Of a DNA stretch of 64,000 bases, positions 46,391 to 58,212 are shown one piece after another. The position numbers and the translations under genes are program-made. Within the stretch, counting starts at the first letter, position 1, and every line of letters begins with the position of its first letter. Location of the stretch: assembly GCA_004431415.1 (NCBI GenBank), contig QPMI01000640.1, positions 128,816-192,815 of the forward strand, given 5' to 3'. Origin of the DNA: Cyanophora paradoxa CCMP329. Its lineage: Eukaryota; Plantae; Glaucophyta. The notes beneath the pieces were generated by a model. It did no database searches, was not told where the DNA came from, and saw only the letters and a program-made list of their open reading frames with translations.

Positions 46391-48027
46391 ATGCGCTTCA
46401 TCGACGTTGGGGTGAACCTGAACGATGACATGTTCGCGGGTGTCTACAACGAGAAGAAGGCAAGTGAAGCGCCGCGCTCCTCCCAGCTCTTCGCGCGTGC
46501 CGATCGCCCGGACAGGCGCACGACCCGGACCACGATCTGATCCTGAAGCGGGCGCGGGAGGCGGGTGTCGAGCGGGCGATCGTCACCGCCGGCTTCTGGG
46601 AGGAGTGCAACGCGGCGCTCGAGCTCGTGAGGCGCCTGGCGGACGTCGAGGGCGCCCCGCGGCTCTACAACACGATCGTGCGCGCGGGCCTTCCACCGCT
46701 TCCCACCGCACGCGCCCTCTCGTGCTCAGGCAGCGCCGCATGCGCAGGGTGTGCACCCGACGCGGTCCGCTGGGCCCGGGAGCGAGGCGCTTGGCGTCTC
46801 TCCAGAGTTGCTTACGCGTACGCCGGCGCCGCAGGTGCCAGGAGTTCGAGACGGCGGAGGGAGGGCCCGACGCGCACCTTGCCCGCCTGCAGGAGCTTAT
46901 CGAGGCCAACAGGGGCCGGGTGAGCAACGCCTGTACCCTCGACGCCTGCACTCCCGCAATAGCACCCAACCGCCCCGCGTCGCAGGTTGTTGCGGTCGGG
47001 GAGTGCGGGCTCGATTACGACCGGCTCCACTTCTGCCCGAAGGAGGTCCAGCTGAAGTGCGCCGTACCCCCACTTCGACCGCTCGAAGCTTATACTCCTC
47101 TTTCGAAGGCACTTCGAACGTCAGTTCGAGCTGGCTGAGCGCACGGGGCTACCCCTCTTCCTCCACAAGCGCGCCCTTACCGCCGCGTCACCCGCCGCAA
47201 ACCCCGCCGCGCACCCTCCTTACGCGTACCACCAACACGCAGCCGCGCGACCGGAGACGATTTCGCGGGTTCCAATCCTCCCACGCCTGTGGCCTCGCCT
47301 GCCTGCCCGCTGCCTCACTCGAACCCGCCCCCTCTCCGGTATCCCCCCCGGTATCCCAGACCTAGTGCGGAGGAACCGGCATCGGTTCAAGAGCGGCGTG
47401 GCGCACTGCTTCACGGGGGGGCTGGAGGAGGCCCGCGCCCTCATCGATCTCGACCTCTACATCGGTGGCCCCCGCGCCCCCTCCCCCCGCCCCTCGCACG
47501 CTGCGATCTAAGCGGTGGGGCGGGAAGGCGTCACGGGCTGCTCGCTGAAGACGGAGGAGAACCTGGCGGTCGTGCGCGAGATCCCCCCGGAGCGCCTCAT
47601 CCTCGAGACCGGTGCCCCCGCCCCGCCCCCGCCTTCCGCTCCCGCCCCCCCCCTCCTTGAGTGCGGACGGCAGACGCGCCGTGGTGCGACATCCGGCCCA
47701 CGCACGCGGGGTACAAGCATGTCCTCACGCAGTGGCCCTCCGTCAAGAAGGAGAAGCGCGCTCCGGCGCCGCGGCGTGCCCCCCGCCCCCTCCCTCCTTG
47801 AATCGGCCCGCAGGTTCGAGCGGGGGAAGACGGTCAAGAACCGCACGGAGCCCTGCCACATCCGGCAGGCGAGCTCGCGTACCCCGCTCCCTCATACTTC
47901 CCGTTCTGAAGTGTACCCCCCGCAGGTCGCGGAGGTGGTGGCGGGGGTGCGCGGGGAGGAGCCGGCGGCGCTGGCGGCGGCGGCGTACGAGAACTCCATG
48001 CGCCTCTTCTTCCCGTCCGAGCTCTAG
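46391..48027 (+). CDS. TATDN1: TatD-family deoxyribonuclease (TATDN1-like)
   Basis: [69 protein letters not shown]. Confidence 0.93.
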
Positions 48028-48196
48028 CCGGCCGCGGCGCCCGCAGCCGAGCGCTATAGCTAGCATTCACTTCATTGTTGATGCCACAACGACGCCCCAC
48101 GAAAAGAAGTTTGCATCTTCGAATTCGAGTCTGAAGCGCAAACTTGAGAGATGCATTCCATTCCATTCACTTTCGCCCGCGCGGTGCTTTGCCGCG

Positions 48197-51100
48197 CTAC
48201 GCCGGCAGGGAGGGGGATGGTGCCTGCGCGGGCGGGGTGCCAGCCGCGAGGCGCGCCTTCTTGCTGCGCTCCCGCTCCTCCCTCAGCCGGTTCTGCTGCT
48301 CGAAGTGCTCCAGAGCCCTGCCGCCCGCGGCTGCGTGAGAGGGGGCGGCGCGGTCTAGGGGCTCTCGAATCGCTATACGATCTGGGGGGCACCGGTCGAG
48401 GGACTGGGTGATGGGCATGAGCATGGGGCAGAGGCGCGCCCGCTGCTCGCCCGGCACGCTCCCTCCCAGCGCCCGCACGTTGTCGTAGAGCTGCCGGCAC
48501 GGTGACTTAGCCATGGAGGGGGGAGGGCCAGCGCACTGCACCTGGGACATCGCCTGCGTGATCTTTTCTGCCCTCTGCGAACGCGTCCGAGGAGGAGGGA
48601 TCAGAAGACTGCGAGGCGGGGGGGAGAACTGACTGGGCGCGCCGCTTGGAGGAAAGGGGCTGTGATGGGGTAGCACGCCCAGAAGTGCCGCAGCAGCTCG
48701 CACGAGTGCGCGAAGTGCGCCTGCGGGGGGCCGCCCCGGCCTCAGCAGCGCCCCCGGATAGCGCGCGCTGACCCCGGCGGCGCGCCTTCAGAGCGACGGC
48801 GAACTCGGAGGGGGTGCGCAGGTCGGCGTCCTCGGCGCCGCGCGCCGCCCGCGCGGAGAGCGCGTTCTGCTGCGTCTGCTCCGCCAGCACCTGCCACCGG
48901 CCTCGCCGCGCGCGCGGGAGCGGCGCGGGGGGCCCGAGGCGCGGACCTTGGAGGCGAGGGCGTCGGGCACGATGGCGCTGCGCAGGCTGAGCAGCGGCGC
49001 GCTCCCCTCCGGCCCCGCCTCCAGCCCCGTCCTCAGAGCCTCCAGCCGCCCCTCGAACGCCGCCAGCATGCGCGCCGCCTGGCGCCCCCTCAGGCGGGAA
49101 GGGCAGCCCGAACGAGAAGTGCGCGCGCCTGCTCGGGGGTCGGGGGCGGCTCCTCCACGGGCGCCGCCCGCTGGCTCGCGAAGGCCGACGCCGCCCCGAA
49201 CGGCGTCGACGCCTGCTCCCAAAGTGAGGAGGCGAACCAAGGAGAGGGGGGCCGGGGTACGTATGCCTGCGGCGGCGGCTCCGGCGCCGCGTTTGCGTGG
49301 GCGTCGAAGTACCGTCGCGGGTCCTGCGGGGAGCGTGGGCCGCCGGCGCCGGGAGGCAGACAAGGGGGTACCGCGATGCGGAGGGGCAGCAGCGCCGGCG
49401 GCGCCTCCTTCTCCAGGTCCTGTACCCCCGGCCCCGGCGTGAGGAGTCGCGAACCCCCCGTAGTGCCGGGCCGGGCGGACCTTGAGCCGCAGCTGCTCGG
49501 CCACCTTCTGGTGGGTGTCCTCCGCCGCCTGCTGCACCCATCAGCGCCCCGCGGCCAAGTCTCCGTGCCCCCCCCTCCCACCTGGGGGGGCGGAGTAGCG
49601 GCGGGGCGGCCCTTGGCGGGGGGCGGGGCCGGCGGCGCCTGCGCCTGCGCCTCGCGCGCCGCGACGGCGTCCTCCGACTCCAGAATCAGCGCCCCGTGCC
49701 TGCGCCGCCGCCTCAGGCGGCCCCGCCCGCGCCCGCCCTGCCGCCCGCGAGGCGCGCCTGTTGAGGGTGCGCAGCACGCGGGTGCGCTCCTTGGAGGGCG
49801 GCGCCGGCGGCTCGGTGCGCACGCCGTAGCCCTGCGGCGGCGGGGGGGCGTGAGGGAGGCGGGGGGCGGGGGCGGGGGCGGGGCGGGGCGGGCCTCGGGG
49901 AGGCGGTCGTCGGCGGCGAGGTTGACGGTCGGCTCCAGCCGCCGCACCTTCGCCTTCAGCTCCATCGCCAGCGCTGCCACCCGCGTCGCCCGGAGCGGAG
50001 GAGAGCCCCCCGCCCCGCCCCGCCCCGCCCCGCCCCGCGCACCGCTCGTGTCCTCCTCCAGGCACTTCGCGAAGATCGGGTCGATGTTGGCTACCGAGAG
50101 AGACCCGCCCGCCGTCCCGTCCTGCCGTTCCGAGCCCACGCATCAGCCCGGGACCCGCCGAGCTCGTGCCTGACGGGGCGGCCCTCGCAGGGCGGCGCCT
50201 TCAGGGCGCTTCTCAGCCGACGGGCTGTGAACCCGCCTATGGCGCCTCTGACCCCGCCTTGAGGCGCGCGCGCCTGGGCGTCGCTTGCGCGGTCCCTGAA
50301 GAAGTATTTCGACTGGAAGTAACGCGTCCAGAACTCTTTCTCGCTGAGCTGCTCGGAGGTAGCGAGGCGCCGGCCAGCGCAGCTCAGCGCAGAAAGCTGG
50401 GTAAAAGATGCGTCGGGCACCTTGTGCGGCACGTTCTGCAGGTACGCGCGGTGCACCGCCGGCGTCTCGACGAAGATCGCGTGGATGACCTGTTGAAGAC
50501 AGCACAGCGGTGGGTACAGTGGAAAGCTAGGAGGGTACACGTGAAAGGTGTGCGGGGCCCCTCTGAGGGGCGCGCGCGGGGCACGCGGACCTCCGGAGTG
50601 ACACGGAAGTGGAGCTTGTTCGCGGTGTCCTTTCAAGTGCCAGTTCCCGGTCGGTCGGGGGTACCGCCCAGTGGGGGCGGGGGTACGGGGCCCGACCTGC
50701 TGGGGCTTGAGGTCCGAGATGAGCGCGTTGGGCATGCCCGTGCGCCTCGCGGCCTCCATCTCCTCCTCGCGCCTCAGCAGGGCCTGCGGCGGGGGTGAGG
50801 GGCCGGGGGCGGGGCCGGGGGCGGGGCCGGTGGGGGGGTGCGCGGGCCCTCCTGGAGTCCCAGAACTCGTCGTCGGTGACGACGCCGCCGCGGACGAGCT
50901 GCTCGTGCAGCCGCCGCAGCTCCCCGTCCCGCGCCAGCAGCTCCCCGCGCGCCCGCACCTCCCGCTCCGACACCGCCGCCGGCGCCGGCGGCGGCGTGGC
51001 CGCCGGCGCCGGCCGCTTCGGCGGCGGCCGCGGAGGGGCGGCCGCGGCGGCGGGTGGAGCGGGCGGGGCCGGGGAGGCAGCCGGGGCAGGGGCGGATGCG

Positions 51101-51618
51101 GACGGGGGCGGGGAGGAGGAGAGGCGGGGGGGCGGGCTGGGAGCGGGGCGGGGGACCTGGCCGTTGGCGTGGAGCAGGTCGGCGAGCAGGTCGCGGAACG
51201 AGTCGCGCTCGCGGTACGTCGCCTCCCGCTCCCGCGCGGCGTGCACGCCGAAGTCGAACGTGAACGGCCCCGCCGAGCCGCTGCTCGACGCCCCCTCCGG
51301 CGGGTTCACGTCCACGCGCATCATGATCGGCTTCGCGGGATCCTGCTTCGTGACCATGTAGCCTGCGCCGCGCTCGGCCGCAGCGGGGCACACGGGTTGG
51401 GTCGGCCGCAAACCTTTCATCGACGCGAGGGACACGCGCACGGAGGAAGTTCCCGGCAGCGCCTCCGTCCACGCGAGCGCCTCGCGCGTCAGCTCCAGCG
51501 TCCCGTTCTTCTTCTGGTAGCGGACCTGCACGGTACGGCGGCGCTCGATCGGGCGCCCGGCTCGACCGCCCGTGCACCAGGGCCGCACCATCTCTACGCG
51601 CTGCAGGATCTCCTCCAT
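48197..51618 (-). CDS. GTF2H1: TFIIH subunit p62 (Tfb1)
   Basis: N-terminal PH-like domain (VRYQKKNGTL..FTFDF..RDSFRDLL). Two BSD-type segments: ELRRLHEQLV.GGVVTDDEFW and IFVETPAVHRAY.QNVP..LSEKEFWTRYFQS. Confidence 0.88.
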
Positions 51619-51711
51619 CGAGCCAGTGTCGGCGAGGGGGAGGGGGGCAGCTGAGTCCGGGTACGCGGAAGTTTGCCGGGTACGCGGCAGTCCGGGGTTT
51701 TCGGGAGTAAC

Positions 51712-52210
51712 ATGGCGCCGAAGTCGGGCATCGGTGCGGCTCTGCGATCGCTGGCGTAGCTGCGGATCTGATCTCTGAACCTTTTTGCAGCCGTTGGGCT
51801 CAACAAGGGCCACGTGACCACCAAGCGCGAGAAGATCGTGCGGCCGGCGAGCCGGAAGGGGGTCAGTCGCTCCCCAGCTAGTGTCTAGAGGCCTGCTGCA
51901 CGCGGGCCTCGCGACCGCACGCCTCGCTAACCCGCTCCGGCCGCAGACTCTCGGCAAGCGCGTGAAGCTCATCCGCGAGGTGATCCGTGATGTGACTGGC
52001 TTCGCCCCGTACGAGCGCCGCATGCTCGAGCTTCTGAAGGTCGGCAAGGACAAGCGCGCCCTCAAGTTCGCCAAGAAGCGGGTCCGCTGTGCATGTGCTT
52101 CTCGAGCGCCGCCCCTCCTGACCCGATCGCAGCTCGGCACCCACATCCGCGCTAAGCGGAAGCGGTCCGAGATGGAAACCGCGCTCCGCCACATGCGTGC
52201 CAAGCACTAA
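51712..52210 (+). CDS. RPL36: 60S ribosomal protein eL36
   Basis: [15 protein letters not shown]...[45 protein letters not shown]; 3 introns. Confidence 0.97.
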
Positions 52211-52459
52211 GCTGCTTGTGCATGATCACGTGGTCGCCTACCTCGGCAATCCTGTATGGAGTTTCTGTGACTCCATCAATCAACCCCGGCATCAGATGTA
52301 TCGCCGAGCACGCGGGGCCAGGCGCTATCGGGCGGCGAGCGAGCCCTGGCGGGGCGCTGTTTCCGGCTAGCAGCTTAGCTCTGAGCGGGGCGCCGGGCTT
52401 GGGCTCTGCGGCTCTTTCAGTCATCCCTTTTCCGCCTTTATCCTCCCGTTTCGTTCTAC

Positions 52460-52594
52460 TTGCCCAATTAAAAACGGAGTGCGGGGGATGCAGACCCCCC
52501 GTGCCCTGTCCTGTCTTGGGCGACAGCGACTCTTCCATGTTCCTGTCGTGGGCGCTATACTAATGGCGCTTACGGTGACTTATTGGGGACAGTT
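52460..52594 (+). ncRNA. Box H/ACA snoRNA, copy A1
   Basis: Hairpin GCCCAA..TTGGGC with internal pocket, hinge ACAGCGA (atypical H box), second hairpin, then ACA-GTT end. Confidence 0.75.
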
Positions 52595-52631
52595 CCCGCT
52601 GTTCTTCCACTATCTCTCTTTTCCCGTCTCC

Positions 52632-52782
52632 GTGCCCTTACGAAACAGCGGCATAGGAGCCCGCGGGCTCTGCCTATGCTCTGTTGACATTTTGTCATGG
52701 GCCAGAGGAATCGCTTCCAGGATCGTTCCAGTTGTGCTCTGTCGCTCTCCGGCGCAGCTGGTGGTTTACAATGGGCACATCT
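52632..52782 (+). ncRNA. Box H/ACA snoRNA B
   Basis: Hairpin, H box AGAGGA (52704-52709), hairpin, ACA-TCT. The 3' pocket ATCGTT/TGGTT is complementary to conserved 18S AACCA-UA-AACGAU and lies 15 nt from ACA. Confidence 0.8.
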
Positions 52783-52814
52783 TCCACCCATTCTCTAGAA
52801 GCCCCTCTTTCGTT

Positions 52815-52948
52815 TGCCCAATTAAAAACGGAGTGCGGGGGATGCAGACCCCCCGCGCCCTGTCCTGTCTTGGGCGACAGCGACTCCTCCATGTTCCTGT
52901 CGTGGGCGCTATACTAATGGCGCTTACGGTGACTTATTGGGGACAGTT
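52815..52948 (+). ncRNA. Box H/ACA snoRNA, copy A2
   Basis: Near-identical duplicate of 52460-52594. The two T>C differences convert G-U pairs to G-C. Confidence 0.75.
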
Positions 52949-53335
52949 CCTCGCACTCGCCCCCGGGCCCCCCGATAGAGAGTCCTTTCACGACCCGGGC
53001 CCTGCGCTACGAAGGAAGCCCTCCAACCCCACTCGTGCTTGCCCATGCGGCTCCCAGCGAGTTTTCACGTGCACGTATACGTAGGCGTGTCGTTTCGAAT
53101 TCACAAAGCTTAAGATAACCCGGATTCTCGGGCGTGAGATTCAGCTGCAGGCCTAGGGCCGGGCGAAAAAAATTGAAGACTAGTACTAGTATTGGCGGTG
53201 GCAATGCATGTCTTAAATTCATTAAGCTTGCAGACGTCCATATTTGTCTAGCCTAGATCCGTATATAAAATCTGCGGGGCCACAGTACGGCCCATCCCGT
53301 ACCGCATTCAATCTAGTCAGTCTCCGGGTACCAGT

Positions 53336-54652
53336 CTAGCTCCAGACATCTCCTTTAAAGATTCTGAGGACGCCGGGATACGTGGACCATGGCGCCAGGC
53401 GGGCCCTCACACTCGCCCCAGCGTCCTTCTGTGGGGGCGTCAGGTGGACCTGATGGGCGGAGGGAGTAGAAGGGGGAGGGGTACGAGCCATGATCTTCTC
53501 GTGGAGAGCCCAAGACTCACGAGGAAGTAGCAAATCGCATTCTCTGGACCCAGAACCGGAGGAGGGGGAGGGTAGAAGTGTGAGCCGGGTACACAGCAAA
53601 GAAGGGCATTGTCTCGCGCACCGAAGGCACGTCGCGGGGCAGAAGTCGCCTACGTAGTGGGTCGCGGGTCAAATTTCGCAGGAGAGAGAGAGGGCGCACT
53701 CGAAGGAGATATCGACGTACCCCCTCCGTCCCCGAGGTACACGATGCGGGCCCATGACCCCTCTGCCAGGATCGAGCGGACGATGGAGCCTGCGGGGGCC
53801 ATGGAAGAGGGTCGCGCGGACAGAGACACGGTCGCAGGGATATGCGGACCCTTGCACAGGTTGGGCGGGCAGAGCGGGCAGCCGTGCGGGGGCAGCTCGG
53901 GGGCGTGGTAAGGCCGGACCCGCAGCGGGCCGCGCCCGCTGCTTTCAAGGTGCGCGGGGTTGGTATACACATGCGAGAAGAGCTCAGCGACGCCGTAATG
54001 CTGCGCGGGGTTCGCTCGTTCGTGTACTGGACTCCGAGGCCGCGATTCGAATTGGAGCGGACCCTGCAGATCGTGTCGATGAAGTTCGTGTTGGCGTCTG
54101 AGATGATGCGAAGTTCAAAGCCGCGGGCGTGCGACTCGCGGAGGACCTCCAGCATGGCCGGGTGCTGCGTCACGCGCGCTTAGCCTGAGCCTCGCAGCAG
54201 CACCTGCGCGGCCTGACCAAAGTGCAGGTCTGAAGCGCACGGGCCAGGTCTTCCGGACTGTGTCCCCGATGCCAGAGGATGCCCAGCATCCGATCTAAGC
54301 GCGTACGGATTCAGAGCTTAAGCGTGCGGATCGCACCCCCAAGCAGATCGCCTAGGCGAAGGCATTAAGAACATTCAGGCATTCATTCTAATAGAAGAAC
54401 ATAATAATAAGAGCAAAAAAACGGACCCATGAGCTGCGTCCAGCCGATGCGCTCCGCCGCTTGAATCTCACGCATCTCGTTGATCATATCGGGAGACAGC
54501 ACCGTAAAGATGTGCGTGTCACTGTTTTCGTCGATCTGCGAAGAGTCTCGCACACTTGACAAGGCATGCAGCCGCGCCGAGGCGTGCGTGCGTACCAGCG
54601 TGTGATCGAAGTCGAAAAGGACGAGCACCTTGCCTTCTCTCAAGTCTGCCAT
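53336..54652 (-). CDS. PHOSPHO1/2-type HAD phosphatase (pyridoxal phosphate/phosphoethanolamine phosphatase family)
   Basis: LFDFDHTLIDENSD, W..LM, IISDANTNFI, VYTNPA, HGCPLCPPNLCKG, VYLGDGGGDFCP. Confidence 0.92.
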
Positions 54653-55289
54653 CTCTCCAAACTTCAATCCACACCTACGTGCCCCACGCGCAGGCGAGGT
54701 CGAGCAGGCGAGGTCGTGTGCCTGTGCGCTCCGCTATCTGCCTGTGCGCTCCGCTTCGCGTGAACTTGCAATCAATATTGGTAACTGGGGTGTCTTGCTG
54801 GCCCAGCTGCAGTACTAGTGGCGCGCGGCTATAGCTAGCGCGCGCTCTGAAGGGAATTCAAATTCAGGCACCCCCCTTCCCCCCCACCCCCGGCCCCACT
54901 CGAGGAACGGGCAACCATGCATGCAATGGCCACGAGCCAGCTGCAGCTGGAGCTATAGCTAGCGCTCAGCGGCTTGCGCGGCTCATGCACCGGATGCTCG
55001 ATGATGCATCGGCTTCTTCTGATCATATATAATCATGAGCCGCTGAGCGGAATCGATGTCGCGTGTCGGACGTCGATTATATATAGGTGGGCCTTTGTGA
55101 AGCGTTGAGCTCTCGAGCTTGCCCCTTCGCTGTCAATGCATTGTTAACCCTCGGAGGTTGCATGAGTCACGCGTCGCGGAGGTTTGGGTGTTATATTGCG
55201 ATCAGGTACACGCTGCACTAACAGGGGGGCTAGCACTAACCGACGCGGGGAGTAACAGCCGGTGTACCCCTCGGGGGGCCTCCCGGCCT

Positions 55290-56796
55290 CTAACGATGCT
55301 CAGGCTCTAACTGAATGCTGTACCCCCCGCTGTTACTGCCCGAACCTTCCGAACTTGCGTAATTCGGCCTCGCCCTGTACCCAGTGGCTGGTGTCGTCCA
55401 TCCATTCGCGTACCTCCCTCTGACGCTTGAGTGACTCACGCTGCTCGGGGGTAGGGGAGGGGGGCCTTCGAGGCGGGGTGGGGAAGGGGGTACGGTGGCA
55501 AAATTCAGCCACTCGGGGGGTATGCCGAATTCGCCGTGAACGATCCTCTGCGGTGTGAAATACCGGTCGCTGCTCACGGCCAAGTGGAAGAACGCGCTCC
55601 TGAGCCCGGAGAGGAAGCGTGGTTGCATGAATGGCTGCTGGAGGGACTCGTCGCGCCAGGGGGCTACGAAATCAATGATACGCTGCTGTACCTGCGCGGG
55701 CAGGGCAAGGATCTGGCTCTTGCGGTTCGCAAAGGCCGTCCACAGCGCTTGCAGGTCGGCCCAATCGCCGTTCAGATCCCTGCGTTCGCGCCTCAGGTAC
55801 GATCTCGGGTTCTCTGTCATACCCATCAAGCCCGCGGCCCTGATCATCTCCCTGTCCGGGAGCTCTCGCTCGTCGTGGAATTCGTCTCTAATCCAGCGCA
55901 CAAGGTAGAGCACGCGCTCCATGAAGTTCTCCGCCGGCGAGCCGCCCCTGAGGACGTGCGCCTCCCCTCCAGCACTGCGTTCGCATCCTCCAAGTCCACG
56001 TTCCGCTGTCGAATCTCCCCGTCCAGGTCGCCGTTGTTGTACAGCACGTCGGACTCGCGTGTTCGCGCCATGCTCGCGGCTCGGTGAGAATTTATACCTG
56101 TACCCCTACTCGCGGTCGGGGTACCTGTCGCCGGGCATCAGCCTCGCGCGCTTCCGCATCTCCGCCTCCCGGGTAGCCAGTTCTTCGGGTCGTTGCTCCA
56201 CTCCTCCCATTCGCGTATGTCCCGTCTGACGTCACGCGGGGCGGGGCGTTTATCGGTGGGGCGGGCGGGGCTGGCAGGGCCTGGCGCGGGGGTTGAGGCC
56301 CCTGTTCCACGAGTACTCGGGTACTCTTCCCATCCCAGGGGTACCAGATTCATCGGAATTGGCTCAACTTCGAATTGGGGCTTTTTGACGTGATAATCAT
56401 AGTTTGTGACATACGCCGTCACAGCCGAGCGCAAGCGCGAGAGTCGCGCAAATTTACGTCGTCCATTGCGAGTCCCTTGCCTTCGCGTACCACTCGAGGA
56501 TTTGCATGCGAATGTGGTCCGGGAGGGTCGAGAGTATGCTGAGCTTGGAGCCCAGGGCGAACCAGATGCGCTTGAACTCGTCGATAATCCTGCCCTCGTC
56601 GTGGCTCCGAACGTAAAGGGCCCCGCCAGAGTTGTAATGCGTGTCTAGCCACCCTGCCGGGCCAGCTCTAGCACCGGCCAGGGTTGGCGCTGTCGATTCG
56701 GTCGCGAGGCCTGCTCTACCACCAGCGTCTAAGGTCCTTGACCTGATCTATGAACTGTGCGATCACGTCCCTGGGCGCTTCCTCTGCATCCGACAT
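55290..56796 (-). pseudogene. Unknown intronless protein with two copies of a helical domain and Pro-rich linkers; several frameshifts
   Basis: ATG at 56796. Fragments EFKRIWFALGSKLSILSTLPDHIRMQILEWYAKARD..LSRLRSA and DLQALWTAFANRKSQILALPAQVQQRIIDFVAPWRD..LSGLRSA align with each other. Confidence 0.55.
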
Positions 56797-56846
56797 TTGC
56801 AATTGCACACATCAAGAAATTCTAAACGCTACTGCGAGGCTACGCT

Positions 56847-57501
56847 ATGCATACCGATACAAATTGCGAGACTTTGCAACAGGGGAGCGCAGCGTGGCAC
56901 GCGGCGCGCCGTGAAAAACTAACTGCATCTAATTTTGCGGCTGCGTGCGGCATAAACCCCTGGAAATCCAGGCCCGCCTGTGGCGGAGCTAAGCGGGATA
57001 GCGGAGGAAAACAACTTTGACAACCCTGCCCTAACCTATGGGCATGACTATGAGCCCCTCGCGGTCTCTCTCTACAAAACGTCGAACAACAACGTGGACG
57101 TGCAACATACTGGATTGCACGAACATAAGGAACTGCCCTTCCTGGCGGGCAGCCCGGACGGGCTGATTGGAAGCGATCGTATACTTGAAATAAAATGCCC
57201 CTACAAACAAGAACTCTACGAAAAGGTCCCAACTTATTACATGCCCCAGCTCCAGGGCCTGCTGGACATAACGGGCCGCGACTGGGCCGAACTTTTCTGT
57301 TTCACGCCTCTGCGCGTGCAAACGTGGTACGTCAGACGGGACGAGAGGTACATCAAGCTCATGAGGAAGTGCTTACATCTATTTTGGATGCACGTCAAGG
57401 AGGGCACGCCGCCCGAGCCCTACAGCGATCGAATGAAGTCAGAGAACCTCAGCGAGGAGCAGGCGGCGCTGCGCGAGTTTAAGTCGTACGCCCTCCTCTA
57501 G
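56847..57501 (+). CDS. YqaJ/lambda-exonuclease-like viral recombinase nuclease (one frameshift near 56975)
   Basis: QGSAAWHAARREKLTASNF, GHDYEP, FLAGSPDGL, ILEIKCP, YYMPQLQG: PD-(D/E)xK motifs intact. Confidence 0.92.
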
Positions 57502-57839
57502 TGTCCCGACCCTCTCAGATATTAATTTAAAGATCTGGGAGGGTCGGGACACGTCTCTTGGTCAGACTACTTATGTACGCCCTCCTCTAGTGTCTCGACC
57601 CTCTCAGATATTAATTTAAAGATCTGGGAGGGTCGGGACACGTCTCTTGGTCAGACTACTTATGTACGCCCTCCTCTAGTGTCTCGACCCTCTCAGATAT
57701 TAATTTAAAGATCTGGGAGGGTCGGGACACGTCTCTTGGTCAGACTACTTATGTACGCCCTCCCTCCTCTAGTGTCCGGACCTTTCCAATAATCTATAAA
57801 GAAAGTAGGGAGGGTCCGGACACGTCTCTTGGTCGGACT
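57486..57839. repeat. Four tandem 89-bp units, each carrying a ~52-bp palindrome with AT-rich centre
   Basis: Units start at 57486, 57575, 57664 and 57753 (fourth diverged). Arms GTGTCCCGACCCTCTCAGAT / ATCTGGGAGGGTCGGGACAC flank ATTAATTTAAAG. Confidence 0.95.
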
Positions 57840-58115
57840 CACCGTAGCTTGGTGTAGCTCAGGCCCAGGCGGGGAAGGCGAGTCTGCAATGAATCAGACC
57901 CCACAGGATTTGGTTGAGCTGCTCTTTGCAGGGGGCAGGAAGGCGGCCGCAGAGGGCTAGGGAGACTAGATCTAATTAGTAATCCCACACCGCGCATGTG
58001 CAAGCGACAGAGAACGAAGTGAGTAAATGCAGATCGATGATACGGCAATCATGAGTTGTTCAGAAAAGGTCGGGACACATAGAGAGTGCATGCCCTCACT
58101 CTCGTCCGCCCTCGC

Positions 58116-58168
58116 AATGTCCCGACCCTCCAGATCTTTAAATTAATATCTCAAAAGGTCGAGACATT
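58116..58168 (-). repeat. Inverted-orientation copy of the palindrome
   Basis: Reverse complement of 58118-58166 matches 61461-61510 with one substitution and one indel. Confidence 0.92.
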
Positions 58169-58212
58169 CATTGATCATATGCATGACGTCACTTGAATTC
58201 GCACGTTCGTAT

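Noticed and set aside
47-52203. Numerous long Pro/Arg/Gly/Ala-rich ORFs in the six-frame track
   Set aside because: Artefacts of very high GC and read-through of GC-rich introns; they overlap better-supported spliced genes.
52216-52440. Fourth structured RNA upstream of the snoRNAs
   Set aside because: Hairpins are present but there are no clear H/ACA or C/D boxes; it may simply be the RPL36 3' UTR.
57486-57839. CRISPR-like array
   Set aside because: The sequence between palindromes is identical from unit to unit, so there are no unique spacers; no cas genes; eukaryotic context.
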